A DNA stretch of 64,000 nucleotides from Squalus acanthias (lineage: Eukaryota). Below the pieces are notes generated by a model that was not told the origin of the DNA, made no database searches, and saw nothing but the letters and a program-made list of their open reading frames with translations. Position 1 is the first letter of the stretch; the number at the start of each line of letters is the position of its first letter. Made by a program: the position numbers and the translations under genes. The stretch is taken from NCBI GenBank assembly GCA_030390025.1, contig CM059432.1:84322001-84386000 (forward strand), in the 5' to 3' direction. Of the stretch, positions 12,838 to 26,300 are shown piece by piece.

Positions 12838-14575
12838 ATTAGGGACCATAAAGGTAATCTGTGTGTTGAGGCGGAAGACATGGGTATGGTTCTTAATGAA
12901 TACTTTGCATCTGTTTTCACAAAAGAGAGGAATGATGCAGACATTGCAATCAGGGAGGAGTGTGAAATATTAGATGAAATAAACATAGTGAAAGAGGAAG
13001 TATTAAGGGGTTTAGTATCTTTGAAAGTGGATAAATCACCAGGCCCAGATGAAATGTATCTCAGACTGTTAAGAGAAGTAAGAAAGGAAATAGCAGAGGC
13101 TCTGACCATCATTTTCCAATCCTCTCTGGCTACAGGTGTGGTGCCAGAGGACTGGAGGACTGCTAACGTGGTACCGTTGTTTAAAAAGGGAGAAAGGGTT
13201 AGACTGAGTAATTACAGGCCAGCCAGCTTAACCTCGGTGGTGGGAAAATTATTGGAAAAAATTCTGAGGGACAGGGTAAATCTTCATTTAGAAAGACCTG
13301 GATTAATCAGAGACAGTCAGCATGGATTTGTCAAGGGAAGATCGTGTCTGACTAACTTGATTTAATTTTTTGAGGAGGTAACAAGGAGGGTCGATGAGGG
13401 TAGTGTATTTGATATAGTCTATATGGATTTTAGCAAGGCTTTTGATATGGCAGACTGGTCACGAAAGTAAAAGCCCATGGGATCCAAGGCAAAGTGGCAG
13501 GTTGGATCCAAAATAGGCTCCGAGGCAGGAAACAAAGGGTAATGGTTGAAGGGTGTTTTTGTGACTGGAAGACTGTTTCCAGTGGGGTTCCACTGCATTT
13601 TGTGGTATATATCAATGGTTTGGACTTGAATGTAGGAAGTATGATTAAGAAGTTTGCAGATGATACAGAAATTGTGTGGTTGATAATGAAGAAGAAAGCT
13701 GCAGACTGCAGGAAGATATCAATGGACTAGTCAGGTGGGCAGAACAGTGGCAAATGGAATTCAATCTGGAGAAGTGTGAGGTAATGCATTTGGGGAGGGC
13801 TAATAAGGCAAGGGAATACATTACAAATGGTAGGACACTGAGAAGTGCAGAAGATCAGAGGGACCTTGGAGTGCATGTCCACAGATCCCTGAAGGTAGCA
13901 GGACAGGTAGATAAGGTGGTTAAGAAGGCATACAGGATACTTGCCTTTATTAGCCGAGGCATAGAATATAAGAGCAGGGAGGTTATGCTTGAACTGTATA
14001 AAACACTGGTTAGGCTGCAGCTAGAATACTGCGTGCAGTTCTGGTCACCACATTACAGGAAGGATGTGATTACACTAGAGGGGATGCACAGGAGATTTAC
14101 GAGGATGTTGCCTGGGCTGGGGAATTTTAGCTATGAGGAAAGATTGGATAGGCTGGGGTTGTTTTCTTTGGAACAGAGGAGGCTGAGGGGAGACCTAATT
14201 GAGGTGTATAAAATTATGAGGGGCCTAGATAGAGTGGATAGGAAGGACCTATTTCCCTTAGCAGAAGGGTCAATAACCAGGGGGCATAGATTTAAAGTAA
14301 TTGGTCGAAGGTTGAGAGGGGAGTTGAGGAGAAATCTTTTCACCCAGAGGGTGGTGGGGATCTGGAACTCACTGCCTGAAAGGGTGGTAGAGGCAGAGAC
14401 CCTCATCACATTTAAAAAGTACTTGGATATGCACTTGAAGTGCTGTTACCTATAGGGCTACGGACCAAGAGCTAGAAAGTGGGATTAGGGTGAATAGCTC
14501 TTTGTTGGCCAGCGTGGACAAGTTGGGCCGAATGGCCTCCTTCTGTGACGTAAACTTCTATGATTCTATGATTCT
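12838..14575 (+). mobile_element. 5'-truncated CR1 LINE (RT pseudogene plus 3' UTR)
   Basis: LNEYFASVF, KSPGPDE, VPEDWRTANV, QHGFVKGRSCLTNL, KFADDT, LEYCVQFWSP; tail (TATGATTC)n. Confidence 0.92.
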
Positions 14576-14699
14576 CACCTGAAACCTGTTAATGGCCAAT
14601 TTAAACAGAAACTTTAGTCACAGAACAAATATATTTTTAAAGTAGTTCATTCTTTTACATTTTTAATGTATCCAGTGTGCTCAGCCATTTCTTGATACC

Positions 14700-14996
14700 A
14701 TGGTTGAAGACTGGCTTCTGTGATGGTGGGCCCCAATGTTCCTTCTAATTTTTTTGTTCCCTGCGCAGGCTATTTAAATTTGCTGAGTGGCCGTGCATGT
14801 GCGGTATCTCTGCCAGCGGTAGCAGCTGGTGGGTGGCTTGCGCGGGACCTCGTGATCAGTGCACGGCCACACGGCCACGTACCTTAGGAGGAACATTGGT
14901 GGAGACCTCAGGAGGAGGCCGAGATGGATCATCCACTTGGCACTTCTGGCTGAAGATGGTTGCAAATGCTTCAGCCTTATCTTTTGCACTCACGTC
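14700..14996 (-). mobile_element. Fragment of second LINE family (CR1/L2 group, family B), split by a MITE
   Basis: Matches 41930-42040 and 55085-55200 (ATIFSQKCRVDDPSRPPPEVP-like). Confidence 0.7.
14734..14898. mobile_element. hAT-type MITE (165 bp)
   Basis: TIRs CAATGTTCCTTCTAA / TTAGGAGGAACATTG, same type as 11505; degenerate 8-bp TSD GTGGGCCC / GTGGAGAC. Confidence 0.75.
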
Positions 14997-15237
14997 TTCT
15001 GTCCATCACCGTATGAGTCACCTACTCGGGCCCATTGTTTCCCAGAGAACTCTGTCTGCTCAGACATTCTCCCGTAATCAATTTGTAGGCCTGGCTGGAA
15101 TCTCCTGTCCATCACGAACACCTCGGCCCCACCCATCTTCTCCAAGCAGGCTGCTGGTCAATTAGCAGTAATAATCATACAAAATGTCCAATACAAAAAA
15201 AAGTCCTTGTGGACCTGTGCTGATGCTTACACTAATA

Positions 15238-15563
15238 AAGTACTTTTGAAGTGGAGTCACTGTTGTAATGTGGGAAACGCGGCAGCCAATTTGCGCACAG
15301 CAAGGTCCCACAAACAGCAATGTGATAATGACCAGATAATCTGGTTTTTTTTTGTTATGTTGGTTGAGGGATTAATATTGGCCAGGACACTGGGGATAAC
15401 TCCCCTGCTCTTCTTTGAAATAGTGTCATGGGATCTTTTACGTCCACCTGAGAGAGCAGACGGGGCCTCGGTTTAACATCTCATTCAAAAGACGGCACCT
15501 CCGACAGTGCAGCACTCCCTCAGCACTGCACTGGAGTGTCAGTCTAGCTTTATGTGCTCAAGT
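15238..15563 (-). mobile_element. Partial Deu-domain SINE
   Basis: Reverse complement of about 12295-12612. Confidence 0.8.
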
Positions 15564-16335
15564 GGGCTGCAGCAAGACTAGGGGGAAAGGGAAGCTCAGG
15601 TGCCAGCTCCCAGGACTGTGAGTTCGCCGACGAGTTCTGCTGCACATGACTCAGATGATGACCTCGATAGGGCAGCCTTCAGAAGAAGGGTGATAGGCAT
15701 GCACGTGGAAATCTTAGGTGCAAAGGCAAACCTGGCAAAGAGCCTCATGTCAGTGTCAAGGAGCAAGGAACATGGAGGAGTCTGGCTCCAACATTGGACG
15801 GACCTTGTGCAGAGCTTTGAGCCCGTGATTTCCAGGCTGGATATGATGGACAACTCCAGGAGAGATCTTGTGCACCCAGCCATGATGCTGCGTATGATGG
15901 GCGATGCCACGGCTTCCATTGCAGCACAGGCAGAAGTGACCCAACATCTCACTGCTGCAGAGGAAGCTCAGACTGCTGCCTTCGTGGCTGGGTTTACGAG
16001 TCTCGAAAGGAGCTTGCAGGCCAGCAATCTGTCCTCAAACAGATTGTTAGGAATGCTGAGGCACTGTCCCAGGGGAGTGGCAGTGGGTCTGTGGAGCAGG
16101 AACTTGCTGTCCTCTCTCAGGAAGACAGCATTCCTACTCCCACTACTGCCACTCCACCATTGCACTTGCCGCTGCCTTTCAGCCAGCCAGCCCAGACTGC
16201 TGCTGCCAATGCGGAGGTGGTGCCATCTACAGCTGGGCCTTGTAGGTCCACAGATGGCCGAGGTCATCCTGTAAGGCCATCCGTAGACTCCCCCATGGAA
16301 ACTTAGCAGCCTTCCACCAGCCATGCTGCAGCAAC
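15564..16335 (+). pseudogene. Isolated Harbinger Myb-gene exon-3 fragment
   Basis: SSAAHDSDDDLDRAAFRRRVIGMH and EQELAVLSQEDSIP, homologous to about 28725-29570. Confidence 0.75.
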
Positions 16336-16365
16336 TCTCAGGATTCTAGATTCTAGATTCTAGAT

Positions 16366-17133
16366 TTAGGTAAGGCCGACTTCAACGGGCTGAGGCAAAG
16401 ACTGTCCACAGAAAATTGGGCAAATCTGTTAATGGGTAAAATGACAGAAGATCAGTGGGAGATGTTTAAAAAAGAATTTAAAGTGAGACAGAACTAGTTT
16501 ATACCCCTGAGGGGCAAGAGCTCTACTTGCCAAAATAAACAGCCATGGACGACTAAAGAGGTAAGGGGCAGCATAAAACTAAAAGAAAAAGCATACAAAA
16601 ATGCAAAAAATAGCACAGATCCTGGTGAATGGGAAAGATACAAAGAACAGCAAAGGGCCACAAAACCGATAGTAAGAGCTACACAAAGGGAGTATGAAAA
16701 GAAACTTGCAAGTGATATCAAAATCAATAAGAAGAATTTTTACAATTACATTAGGAAAAAGAGGGTAGTCAGGAGCAATGTTGGCCCCTTAAAAACTGAA
16801 AGCGGTGATATTGTCAATGATAATAAGGAAATGGTGGACATGTTGAATAATTACTTTGCGTCAGTATTTACAGTAGAAGAAGAGGATAGCATGCCGGAAA
16901 TCCCAAGGAAACTAACATTGAATCGGGGACAGGGACTCAATAAAATTAACGTAAGTAAAATAACAGTAATAAAGAAAATAATGGCACTAAAAAGTGACAA
17001 ATCCCCAGGACAAGATGGTCTCCATCCCAGGGTTTTAAAGGAAGTAGGTGAGCACATTGCAGATGCCCTAACTATAATCTTCCAAAGGTCTCTAGATTCA
17101 GGAACCGTTCCTTTAGATTGGAAAATTGCACAT
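16366..17133 (+). mobile_element. CR1 ORF2 internal fragment
   Basis: KADF...QPWTT...LNNYFASVFT...KSPGQDGLHPRVLKE...VPLDWKIAHV. Confidence 0.8.
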
Positions 17134-18103
17134 GTTCTAGATCCAACCATCTTCAGCTGCTTCATCAATGACCTTACCTCCATCATAAGGTCAGAAGTGG
17201 AGATGTTCGCTGATGATTGCACAGTGTTCAGTTGCACTCGCAACTCCCCAGATAATGAAGCAGTCCATGCCCGCGTGCAGCAAGACCTGGAAAACATTCA
17301 GGCTTGGGCTGATAAGTGGCAAATAACATTTGTGCCACACAAGTGCCAGGCAATGACTATCTTCAACAAGAGAGAGTCTAACCACCGCCCCTTGATATTC
17401 AATGGCATTACCATCACCGAATCCCCCACCATCAACATCCTGGGGGTCACCATTGACCAGAAACTTAACTGGACCAGCCACATAAATACTGTGGCTACAA
17501 GAGCAGGTCAGAGGCTGGGTATACTGAGGGGAGTGTCTCACCTCCTGACTCCCCAAAGCCTTTCCACCATCTACAAGGCACAAGTCAGGAGTGTGATGGA
17601 ATACTCTCCACTTGCCTGGATGAGTGCAGCTCCAACAACACTCAAGAAGCTCGACACCAACCAGGACAAAGCAGCCCGCATGATCGGTACCCCATCCACC
17701 ACCTTAAACATTCACTCCCTCCACCACCGGCGCACCGTGGCTGCAGTGTGTACCGTCTACAAGATGTACTGCAGCAACTTGCCAAGGCTTCTTCGGCAGC
17801 ACCTCCCAAACCCGTGACCTCTACCGCCTAGAAGGACAGGGGCAGCAGGTGCATGGGAACACCACCACGCCCAAGTTTCCCTCCAAGTTACACACCATCC
17901 TGACTTGGAAATATATCGCCGTTCCTTCATAGTTGCTGGGTCAAAATCCTGGAACTCCCTCCCTAACAACACTGTGGGAGTACCTTCACCACACGGACTG
18001 CAGCGGTTCAAGAAGGCGGCTCACCATCACCTTCTCAAGGGCAACTAGGGATAAATGCTGACCTTGCCAGCGATGCCCACATCCCAGGAACGAATAAAAA
18101 AAG
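17134..18103 (+). mobile_element. Family-B LINE 3' portion
   Basis: PTIFSCFINDL, MFADDC, MEYSPLAWMSAAP; 3' end CCCACATCCCAGGAACGAATAAAAAAA. Confidence 0.85.
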
Positions 18104-19790
18104 AAGTTCTGATCTCGCTTGCAAGTGGAAACATCTTCGCTGCGTCTACCCTATGAAACCCTTTCATAATCTTAACGATCTCTATCAGGTCACCCCTCAG
18201 TCTACTCTTTTCTGGAGAAAAGAGCCTCAGTCTGTTCAATCTTTCCTGATAGGAATAACCTCACAGTTCTGGTTTCATTCTAGTAAATCTTTTTTGCACC
18301 TTCTCCAGTGCCTCTATATCCTTTTTGTAATATGGAAACCAGAATTGTTCACAATACTCCAAATGTGCTCTAACCAAGGTTCTATACATGTCTAACATAA
18401 CTTCTTTGCTTTTAAATTCTATCCCTCTAGAAATGAACCCCAGTGCTGTTTTTTATGGTCTTATTAACCTACATCACTACTTCCAGTAATTTGTGTATCA
18501 GTACCCCCAGATCCCTTTATTCCTCTATTCCATATAGACACTACCCCATTTAGACACTTATTTTCCAAGAGGTATGTGGCCTCCTTATTCTTCCTACCAA
18601 AAAGAACTACCTCACACTTTTCTATATTGAAGTTCATTTGCTAATAACACACCCATTCTGAAAGTTTATTAATATCTTCCTGTATTTTGTCGCAGTCTTC
18701 CTCTGTATTAACTACATCCTGCAATTTGGTGTCACCTGCAAATTTTGAAATTGTACTTCCAATTCCCGAGTCCAAATCATTTATGTAAATGGTATACAAC
18801 AGTGGTCCTAGCACCGATCCTTGTGGAACACCACTTCCTACCATTTGCCAATCTGAGTAACTATCGTTAACCCCTACTCCCTGTTTTCTGTTTTGTAGCC
18901 AGCTTGCTGTCCATTCTGCTATTTATCCCCTGACTCCACGTGTTCTGACCTTAGTCATGAATCTACTATGCGGTGCCTTATCAAAAGCTTTTTGGAAATC
19001 CAAATATATGTCTACAGCAGCACCCTTATATGCCTTTTTCTGTTACTTCTTCAAAGAATTCAGTAAGGTTGCTCAAGCACAACCTTCCCTTTTGGAATCC
19101 GTGCTGACTACTATTTATTATATTTTCAGTTTATAGATGTTTTTATATTACATCTTTTAGTAAGGATTCCATTATCTTTCCTACCACTGACGTTAAGCTA
19201 ATTGGTCTATAGTTCCCTGGACTTGTTCTATCTCCCTTTTTATATATAGGAATCACATTAGCTAGCTGCCAGTCCTCTGGTACTATTCCCTTTTCTAATG
19301 AATTTTTATATATATTTAATAGTGCCTTTGCTATCTCTTTCCTAACTTCTTTCAATATGCGCGGATGCAATCTATCCAGACCAGGGGTTTTATCCTCTCT
19401 ATGTTGATTAGTTTATCAATTATCTCTCCCACCCTCCCCCCCTTTCTATCTTAAATGTCTTTATATCTTTTTTGATCTCTTCTTCTAATGTCATGTCCAC
19501 CATGTTACTCCTCCTGGTAAATACCAAGGCAAAGTAATTATTTAATATTTCTGCCATTTTGTTATTACCTGAGCTGTGAGTTTATTGTGTGCATCCCTTA
19601 GTGGACCAAGCCCTATCCTGATTTTTCATTTGTTATTTATGGGTCTGTAGAATATTTTACTATTTCTCTTTATATTTCTTGATAATTTAATTTCATAGTT
19701 TCTCCTTGCCTTCCTAATTGTTTTTTTTAACTTCTTTCCTAACCTTTTCGAATTACCTTTCATCATCTTCTCTTTTGTTGCCTAGTGTTA

Positions 19791-21772
19791 GGGCTGGATT
19801 TTGAATCTGGGGTCGGGTTGGGGTCGGGAATCACACATTTGGCTTGTGAACCCGCCTCCATCGAGATGTGGCCAACCCACTGTATTTTCCCTTGATTGAC
19901 CATGTTGAGCCTGCCCAGTGGGCTCAGCAGGCCAATTAAGGACCACCCGGCAACAGGTGACATCAAAGGCCTTCGACAAGGTCCCACATAAAAGATTAGC
20001 ATGGAAAATTGAAGCTCATGGGATAAAGGGGAAAGTATTGACATGGATAGAGAACTGGCTGTCAGATAGAAAACAGAGAGTTGGAATAAACGGCTCATTT
20101 TCTGAATGGCAGGCAGTAACAAGTGGGGTACCACAGGGATCTGTCCTGGGTCCCCAGCTGTTCACAATTTACATTAATGACCTGGATCAGGGAGTCGGAT
20201 GCAGCATTTCCAAATTTGCAGACGACACTAAACTAGGAGGGGGGGTGGGCTCAGAGGAGGAGACCAGGAAGCTCCAGAGCGATTTGGACAGACTGGGTGA
20301 TTGGGCGGATAAATGGCAGATGCACTATAATGTGGACAAGTGCGAAGTTATCCACCTTGGGTGCAGGAACGGGAGGGCAAATTATTATTTAAATGGCAAT
20401 AAATTGGGAGAGGGGGAAGTACAGAGAGACCTGGGTGTTCTTGTACACCAGTCACTGAAGGCGAGCATGCAGGTGCAACAGGCGGTCAAGAAGGCAAACG
20501 GTATGCTGGCCTTCATAGCAAAAGAGTTGGAATACAGGAACAGGGATACCTTGCTGCAGCTGTACAGGGCACTGGTGAGACCACACCTCGAGTACTGTGT
20601 ACAGTTTTGGTCGCCTCATCTGAGGAAAGATGTTCTTGCCATGGAGGGGGTACAGCGGCGATTCACCAGGCTGATACCAGGAATGGCGGGATTGACCTAT
20701 GAGGAGAGACTATGTAGTTTAGGGATGTACACACTGGAGTTTAGAAGATTGAGAGGGGACCTCATAGAAGTGTATAAAATTCTGACAGGTCTAGACAGAC
20801 TAGATGCAGAAGGAATGTTTCCCTTGGCGGGTGAGAACAGAACTAGAGGACATAATTTAAGGATAAGGGCTAAACCATTTAGGACAGAAATGAGGGGGAA
20901 TTTCTTCACTCAGAGGGTGGTGAACCTGTGGAACTCATTGCCACAGAGGGCAGTGTACGCCAGCTCATTAAATATATTTAAGAGGGAATTAGATATATTT
21001 CTACAGGCAAAAGGGGTTAAGGGTTACGGAGAGAAGGCGGGGACGGGATACTGAATTGGAGGATCAGCCATGATCTCATTAAATGGCGGAGCAGGCTCGA
21101 AGGGCCGGGCGGCCTACTCCTGCTCCTATCTTCTATGTATCTATGTATCTATGTTTGACAGCTCTGTGAAGCTGTCAAACACTCACAATATGATTTCTAA
21201 CTTCAGTCCTTCCTTTCAGGCTGAGTTAGAAATTATTCCAGCACAGAAAACAGAAGGCTGCAGGTTTTGACAGAACCACGGCTTTCCTGCTTTCTGTACC
21301 AGTGAGATTTCTAACTCCCGAGAACTGAAGGGCTGACACCTGCAGGAGGAAGTTAAGGTAAGTAAAACTTTTTCCAACATTTAGCACTTACCTTACACAC
21401 TTACCTCTGCACACATTCACCCATCACTCACCTGCCCACCGGACATATCGACCCCTCCAACCCCTGCAGACCCACGGCCCGCCCCGATAACTTGGAGTGG
21501 TTGCCACCTGTCGGGAAGCCCACACTTTTCTTTTTAAAATAGGGATTATGCAAAAAACTGCCTGTTAAGTACCTGTTAACAGGCAGTTAATTGTCACTAA
21601 TCCGTTCCCGCCTCGGGGAGTCAGGTCTCAGAACAGGTCGGGTACCCGCCTCCAGAGAAACTGGCATGGAGGCGGGTTGGAGTCGGGATGGGGTCGGGAC
21701 CCCCGAATCTGCAACTTTAACCCCCCCCCCCGCCTCCAAACCCGACTCCACGGGTCATTGAAAATCCAGCCC
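19791..21772. mobile_element. Non-autonomous Harbinger element containing a CR1 insertion
   Basis: TIRs GGGCTGGATTTT / AAAATCCAGCCC, CCCGCC subterminal repeats; TSD imperfect (TTA / TAT). Confidence 0.8.
19963..21152 (+). mobile_element. Young 5'-truncated CR1 with uninterrupted RT C-terminal frame
   Basis: Open frame KAFDKVPH...GVPQGSVLGP...KFADDTKL...GYGEKAGTGY* ending at 21054; tail (CTATGTAT)n. Confidence 0.92.
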
Positions 21773-22159
21773 TATGTCTTTTTCTTTTGTTTCAATTTTG
21801 CTGTTATTTCTTTTTTCATCCATGGTGTGTCATTACTGGCTAGTTTGTTCTTGTTTTTTAGTGGAATATATTTCTCTGGGACTCTATTGATCATCATTTT
21901 AAATGTTTCCCATTGCTGTTGTATTTATTTGTTTGTCAGTAAATTTTTCCAGTTTATTTTCCCTAGTTCCATTCTCAACCCCTTAAAATTGGCTTTTTTC
22001 CAATTTACTACTTTGGTCTTTGTCGTACTTATGTCCTTCTCAATCTTTATCTTAAACCTTATTATGTTGAAATTACAAAAGCAAGAGTTGAGAACTGAGA
22101 AACAGGTGAATATGGAGATAAGTGTACTATGAAGTGACTGAAAGGCCAGGAGCAAAACT

Positions 22160-22520
22160 TTTTAAAAATTCATTCACGGGATGTGGGCGTTGCCAGCAAG
22201 GCCAGCATTTATTGCCCATCCCTAATTGCCCCTGAGATGAACCACATTGCTGTAGGTTATATATAGGCCACGCCAGGCAGATTTCCTTCCCTAAAAGGCA
22301 TTAGTGAACCAGATGGGTTTTTATGACAATCTGGTCGTTTCATGGTTATCCATTACTGATATTAGTTTTGTTTTATTCCAGATTTTATTGAATTAACTGA
22401 ATTTTTTAAATTCCCCAGCTGCTGGTGGTGGGATTTGTAACTCTTGTCTCTTGGATTATTAGGCCAAGGCCTAATAGGATTACTAATCCAGCAACATTAC
22501 CACTATGCTACCATTCCCTA
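22160..22520 (-). mobile_element. SINE with tRNA-like head and family-B LINE-derived 3' tail
   Basis: 22160-22235 matches the family-B 3' end (GGGATGTGGGCGT...CATTTATTGCCCATCCCTAATTGCCC); the other end reads GGTAGCATAGTGGTAATG on the minus strand. Confidence 0.65.
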
Positions 22521-22930
22521 TAAATATACAACATCAGTAAATAGGCACAGTGGATGTCCTGTGGTGTTATTCACAGATACCACAGGCAGGTGAGTAAATT
22601 ACCTTCATTATGTGCTTTTTGGGAATTTGTTCTGTGGAACTGATTAATCTGTGCCCTGTGGTTAGCATTAAACAATCAGCAATGCGACTTGATTCTTCAA
22701 TCACATTATCATACAGGCACAAAACTTTAGTAATATAAATAGGCACTGTGTATATTGACAGGGAATGAGAACTTCCACTTTTGCTGACATGCATGAGCGG
22801 CAAGATTGAAGTATTGCAGGTCATCAACTGTGCATGTGCACCGCGCTGGGGTCTCCTTGCTTCCGTTCACTAGAAGCGTGGCTCGGGGCCTGAAGGCCGA
22901 GCACTAAAATTGCCACCAATGCAGACAGCC

Positions 22931-23309
22931 ATGAGGTATTACATTTTGGTAGGAAGAATAGGGAGGTCACTTATCACTTGGAGGGTGTGAGTTGAGGTGG
23001 GGTAGAGGAACAAAGGGATCTCGGAGTATAAATACACAAATCACTAAAAGTTGCGCCACAGGTTAGCAAGACCATAAAAAAAGCAAACTAAGCACTAGGG
23101 TTTATTTCTAGAGGGATAGAACTGAAAAGTAGGAAAGTTATGCTAAACCTGTATCGAACCTTGGTTAGATCACACTTAGAGTACGGCGTGCAGTTCTGGT
23201 CACCATATTATAAAAAGGATATAGAGGCACTGGAGAGGGTGCAGAGAAGATTTACAAGGATGATACCAGAAATGCGAGGGTATACATATCAGGAAAGAAT
23301 GAACAGGCT
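22931..23309 (+). mobile_element. CR1 RT C-terminal fragment
   Basis: MLNLYRTLVRSHLEYGVQFWSPYYKKDI; cut off at a Harbinger TIR. Confidence 0.8.
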
Positions 23310-26300
23310 GGGCTCGATTTTGCCAGGCCCGAGGAGGCGGGGTTGGAGGCGTGTGAAGTGTTAAAATCGCAAAAAATGGCGGGCAGCTCCGATCCCGCCT
23401 CCAGCCCGCCTCTGAGCAATTTTCCCAGAATCGTGGTTTCAGACCCCGTTTCCATCCCGCCTCCAAGAGGCAGGATAGACCCTTAAGGCCCTTAACAACC
23501 ATTTAATTGCCTCTATAATCCCATTTTGATTTCTGATTTTAACACATTTCCCCCGTCCTGCATGTCTCCTCTGGAACACGCCAGTCAATCCTGGCTGCCT
23601 CACAAGTGGATTGCTTACTAACAGCTGCAGCTCCACCATTAAAAAGGAGTTTTCGCCAATGATCATTTGCAGGTGTCAGAACTTTGTTGTCTCAGGTCTG
23701 GGGGAACTTTTAGCAGGCATACTCATTGTTGTGGAAGTTTGGAGCCTGACACCCATCTCCAGTGTGACCTCCTGGGAAACCCCTCTCCCCACCTTGACTG
23801 AGCGCTTCCTCAACTGAGGCATATACCAGAAGCATGGGAACCATTTATTTCCTTTCCTCCTGGACATCAGATTCGGACTAAGACCAGCCGCGGCAGCAGC
23901 AGAGCCATGAACAACAGCAGCACCAACAGCAGCAGCAACAACAGGAGTGCCAAGCTGCTGCTCACCCACCTGAAGCTGCACAGGCTAGAAGGCGCCAGCG
24001 CGCGACCACATTGCTGCCCGGGATGCAAGGGATGCACTCATGTTGGCCAGATTTGCTTAGCCTGCACAATCAAACACTTTTGCCTCACAACTTCTTACCA
24101 GAGCATTGACAATGGACAAGAACCTGCGGATTCCTATCACTCTGACCACCATACTGACAATTGCAAGTCGCCCTAAGCCCTCAATGTGGAAGTCCCATTT
24201 GCGAGATGACACAGGCCACAACTTCAACAGTTTGCCATTAAATCTGTTTATCATAACATTACAACGATGGCTTGTCAAAAACAATACAACATAACACCCA
24301 AGTGACTACCCTTGTGACTACTTGTGCTTTATCTTCCTCTTATGCGTGCTCCTACATGGTACTTCCCCTGTGGCTTCAGCAGATGTGGAGGCCCCTTGCT
24401 CACTTTCTTGCTGCTCCTGTCTCGACACCTTTGGCAGGTGTCCTCTGGGGTTGTGAGCCTGTGAGGGCTCGGCAACAGTCTGCTGCTCCTGCGGCTGTGC
24501 AGGGGCTGAGACGCCCATCTCAGTTGGGTGAGGACTCTGGTGGAGCTCTGACCGAGAGCTTTGCAGTGGCATGGTCGTGTGAGCACTTGGAGAGGAGCCA
24601 CCACTTCCTTGTTGTCTGCCACCAACATCCCACTCATGGGTCAGCCCCACTTCAGAGCTAGCAAGTGGCTGGACAGCACCTTGCTGCACTTCAGGGGGCC
24701 ATGAGGACCCGTTTCTGCACTGGAAGTCCTACTCCAGAGGACTTCCATGAAGGTCTGGTTTCTATGCTCAATAGCTGACCATCGCTCATCAAGCGATGTC
24801 ATTCTATTCTGAACAATGACCATGTTTTCAACACTCTGGCGACTTAGCTCCTCCATGGCCGTAGCCATCCTCTCCTCTACCGTAGCCATCCTTTCCACAG
24901 AGGTTGCCATCCTTTCCGTGGTGATGCGTTCATGCGCCAATGACTCCACTAAGGCTCTGCTCATGATCGCTATGGACTCCTCCATTCGCTCCACACTCGC
25001 AGCGACCCTGGAGACAAAACCTGCCAGAGACTCCTGCACCTGTTCCTGGAGTTCCAGCACCGCTCTCCTTCTGGATGGACCCGGAGGCACATGGTCGACA
25101 TGCAGCTGAGCCGAGCTGGCAGAGTCCTGCACCCTCCGACGAGGACTCCCCACTGCTGTCCCTGTCTCCACCATCTGCTGATGCTCACTTGTGAGCTGTG
25201 ATACACCAGGTGCCAACACTACTCTATCTCCCGAAGGTCCCACCGAGGTGTGAGTGTCTGCGCTGGTGCTGGGTGCACTGAATTCTGCTGACGCGGTGCC
25301 CTCAGAGGTTGCAGCTTCCTCTGAGGAGTGGTGAGGCTCAGGCTGTTCCTCCTGGACAGTGGGGACGGGGGCTGTCGATGGTCCTGTGGGGGAGTAAAGG
25401 GAAGAATAGAGATGTGAGGTAAAGGTTACATGCGCATTGAATTGTGCAGATGATCATAAGTCAATCTGTTAGAGCATCAGAATCATTATCAGTCACTCAT
25501 GCAATGTCAATGAGAGAGATGCCAAACTATTCTGTCACCAGCTTGCTGTGATGCACCCGTCTGTCTGTCCCCCACTTGTGAATCATCCTCGACACCGGCG
25601 ATTTCCAGGGCCGCTTCCTCCAAGGTGGTGAGTTGGGCTACTGAGGGTGGCCCTCCTCCTGTCCTCGCTCTTTCCCTCTTATTGTGAGCTCTCTTTTCCT
25701 GCAATGAGGGAGACAAGTGGAGTTTGAGTGAGAATAAAGGAGTGAGTGTAGTTTTTCTATATCATTGATGGTTAGAAGGAGACAAATTCGGAATGAGGTG
25801 GCAAGACCATGGGCCCTCCCTGTGTGTTGTAAGTTGTTTTCATAGCATCACAGCGATAGGGAGTGTGAGGGATGCACAGTCGAATAGTTAGGTGAATGTG
25901 ACCACACAGAGAGAGGGAATGGGTAAGGGTGCAGGGATGTCAGTTTCAAGTGGGATGTGGAGGAAGAGATTGTCAAAGCTGAGTGCTGGTGAGGAGAGGC
26001 AATGGGGATCAGAATGAGGGTGATGGGAAATTCATACTCACTTTTCCAGTGCGCAGCAGGTCATGAAACCTCTTCCTGCACTGAAGCCAGGTTCTGCGGG
26101 TTATGGACAACCAGTTGACCTCCTCTGCCACCTGGATCCACACAGCCTTGGTTTGATGGGAAGGCTTCTTCCTCCCTGAAGAAGGAAAGAGCACCTCCTT
26201 ATTAGCTCTGGCTCCCTCAATTAAAGCTTGCAGGGCGACGTCATCAAATCAAGGTGCAGACTTAGGTCTCTGGCTGGCCATTCTTCCTGCAGGTACCTCT

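Larger units (their letters stand above)
18104..22070 (-). mobile_element. Degenerate CR1 LINE, interrupted at 19791-21772
   Basis: WKKANFKG, HPRILKEV, VPEDWQLANV, GVPQGSVLGPLL, KFAGDTKL on the minus strand. Confidence 0.85.

Noticed and set aside
16831..17817. 328-aa ORF as a novel RT gene
   Set aside because: Chance in-frame junction at about 17134 of two LINE families; central RT motifs are missing
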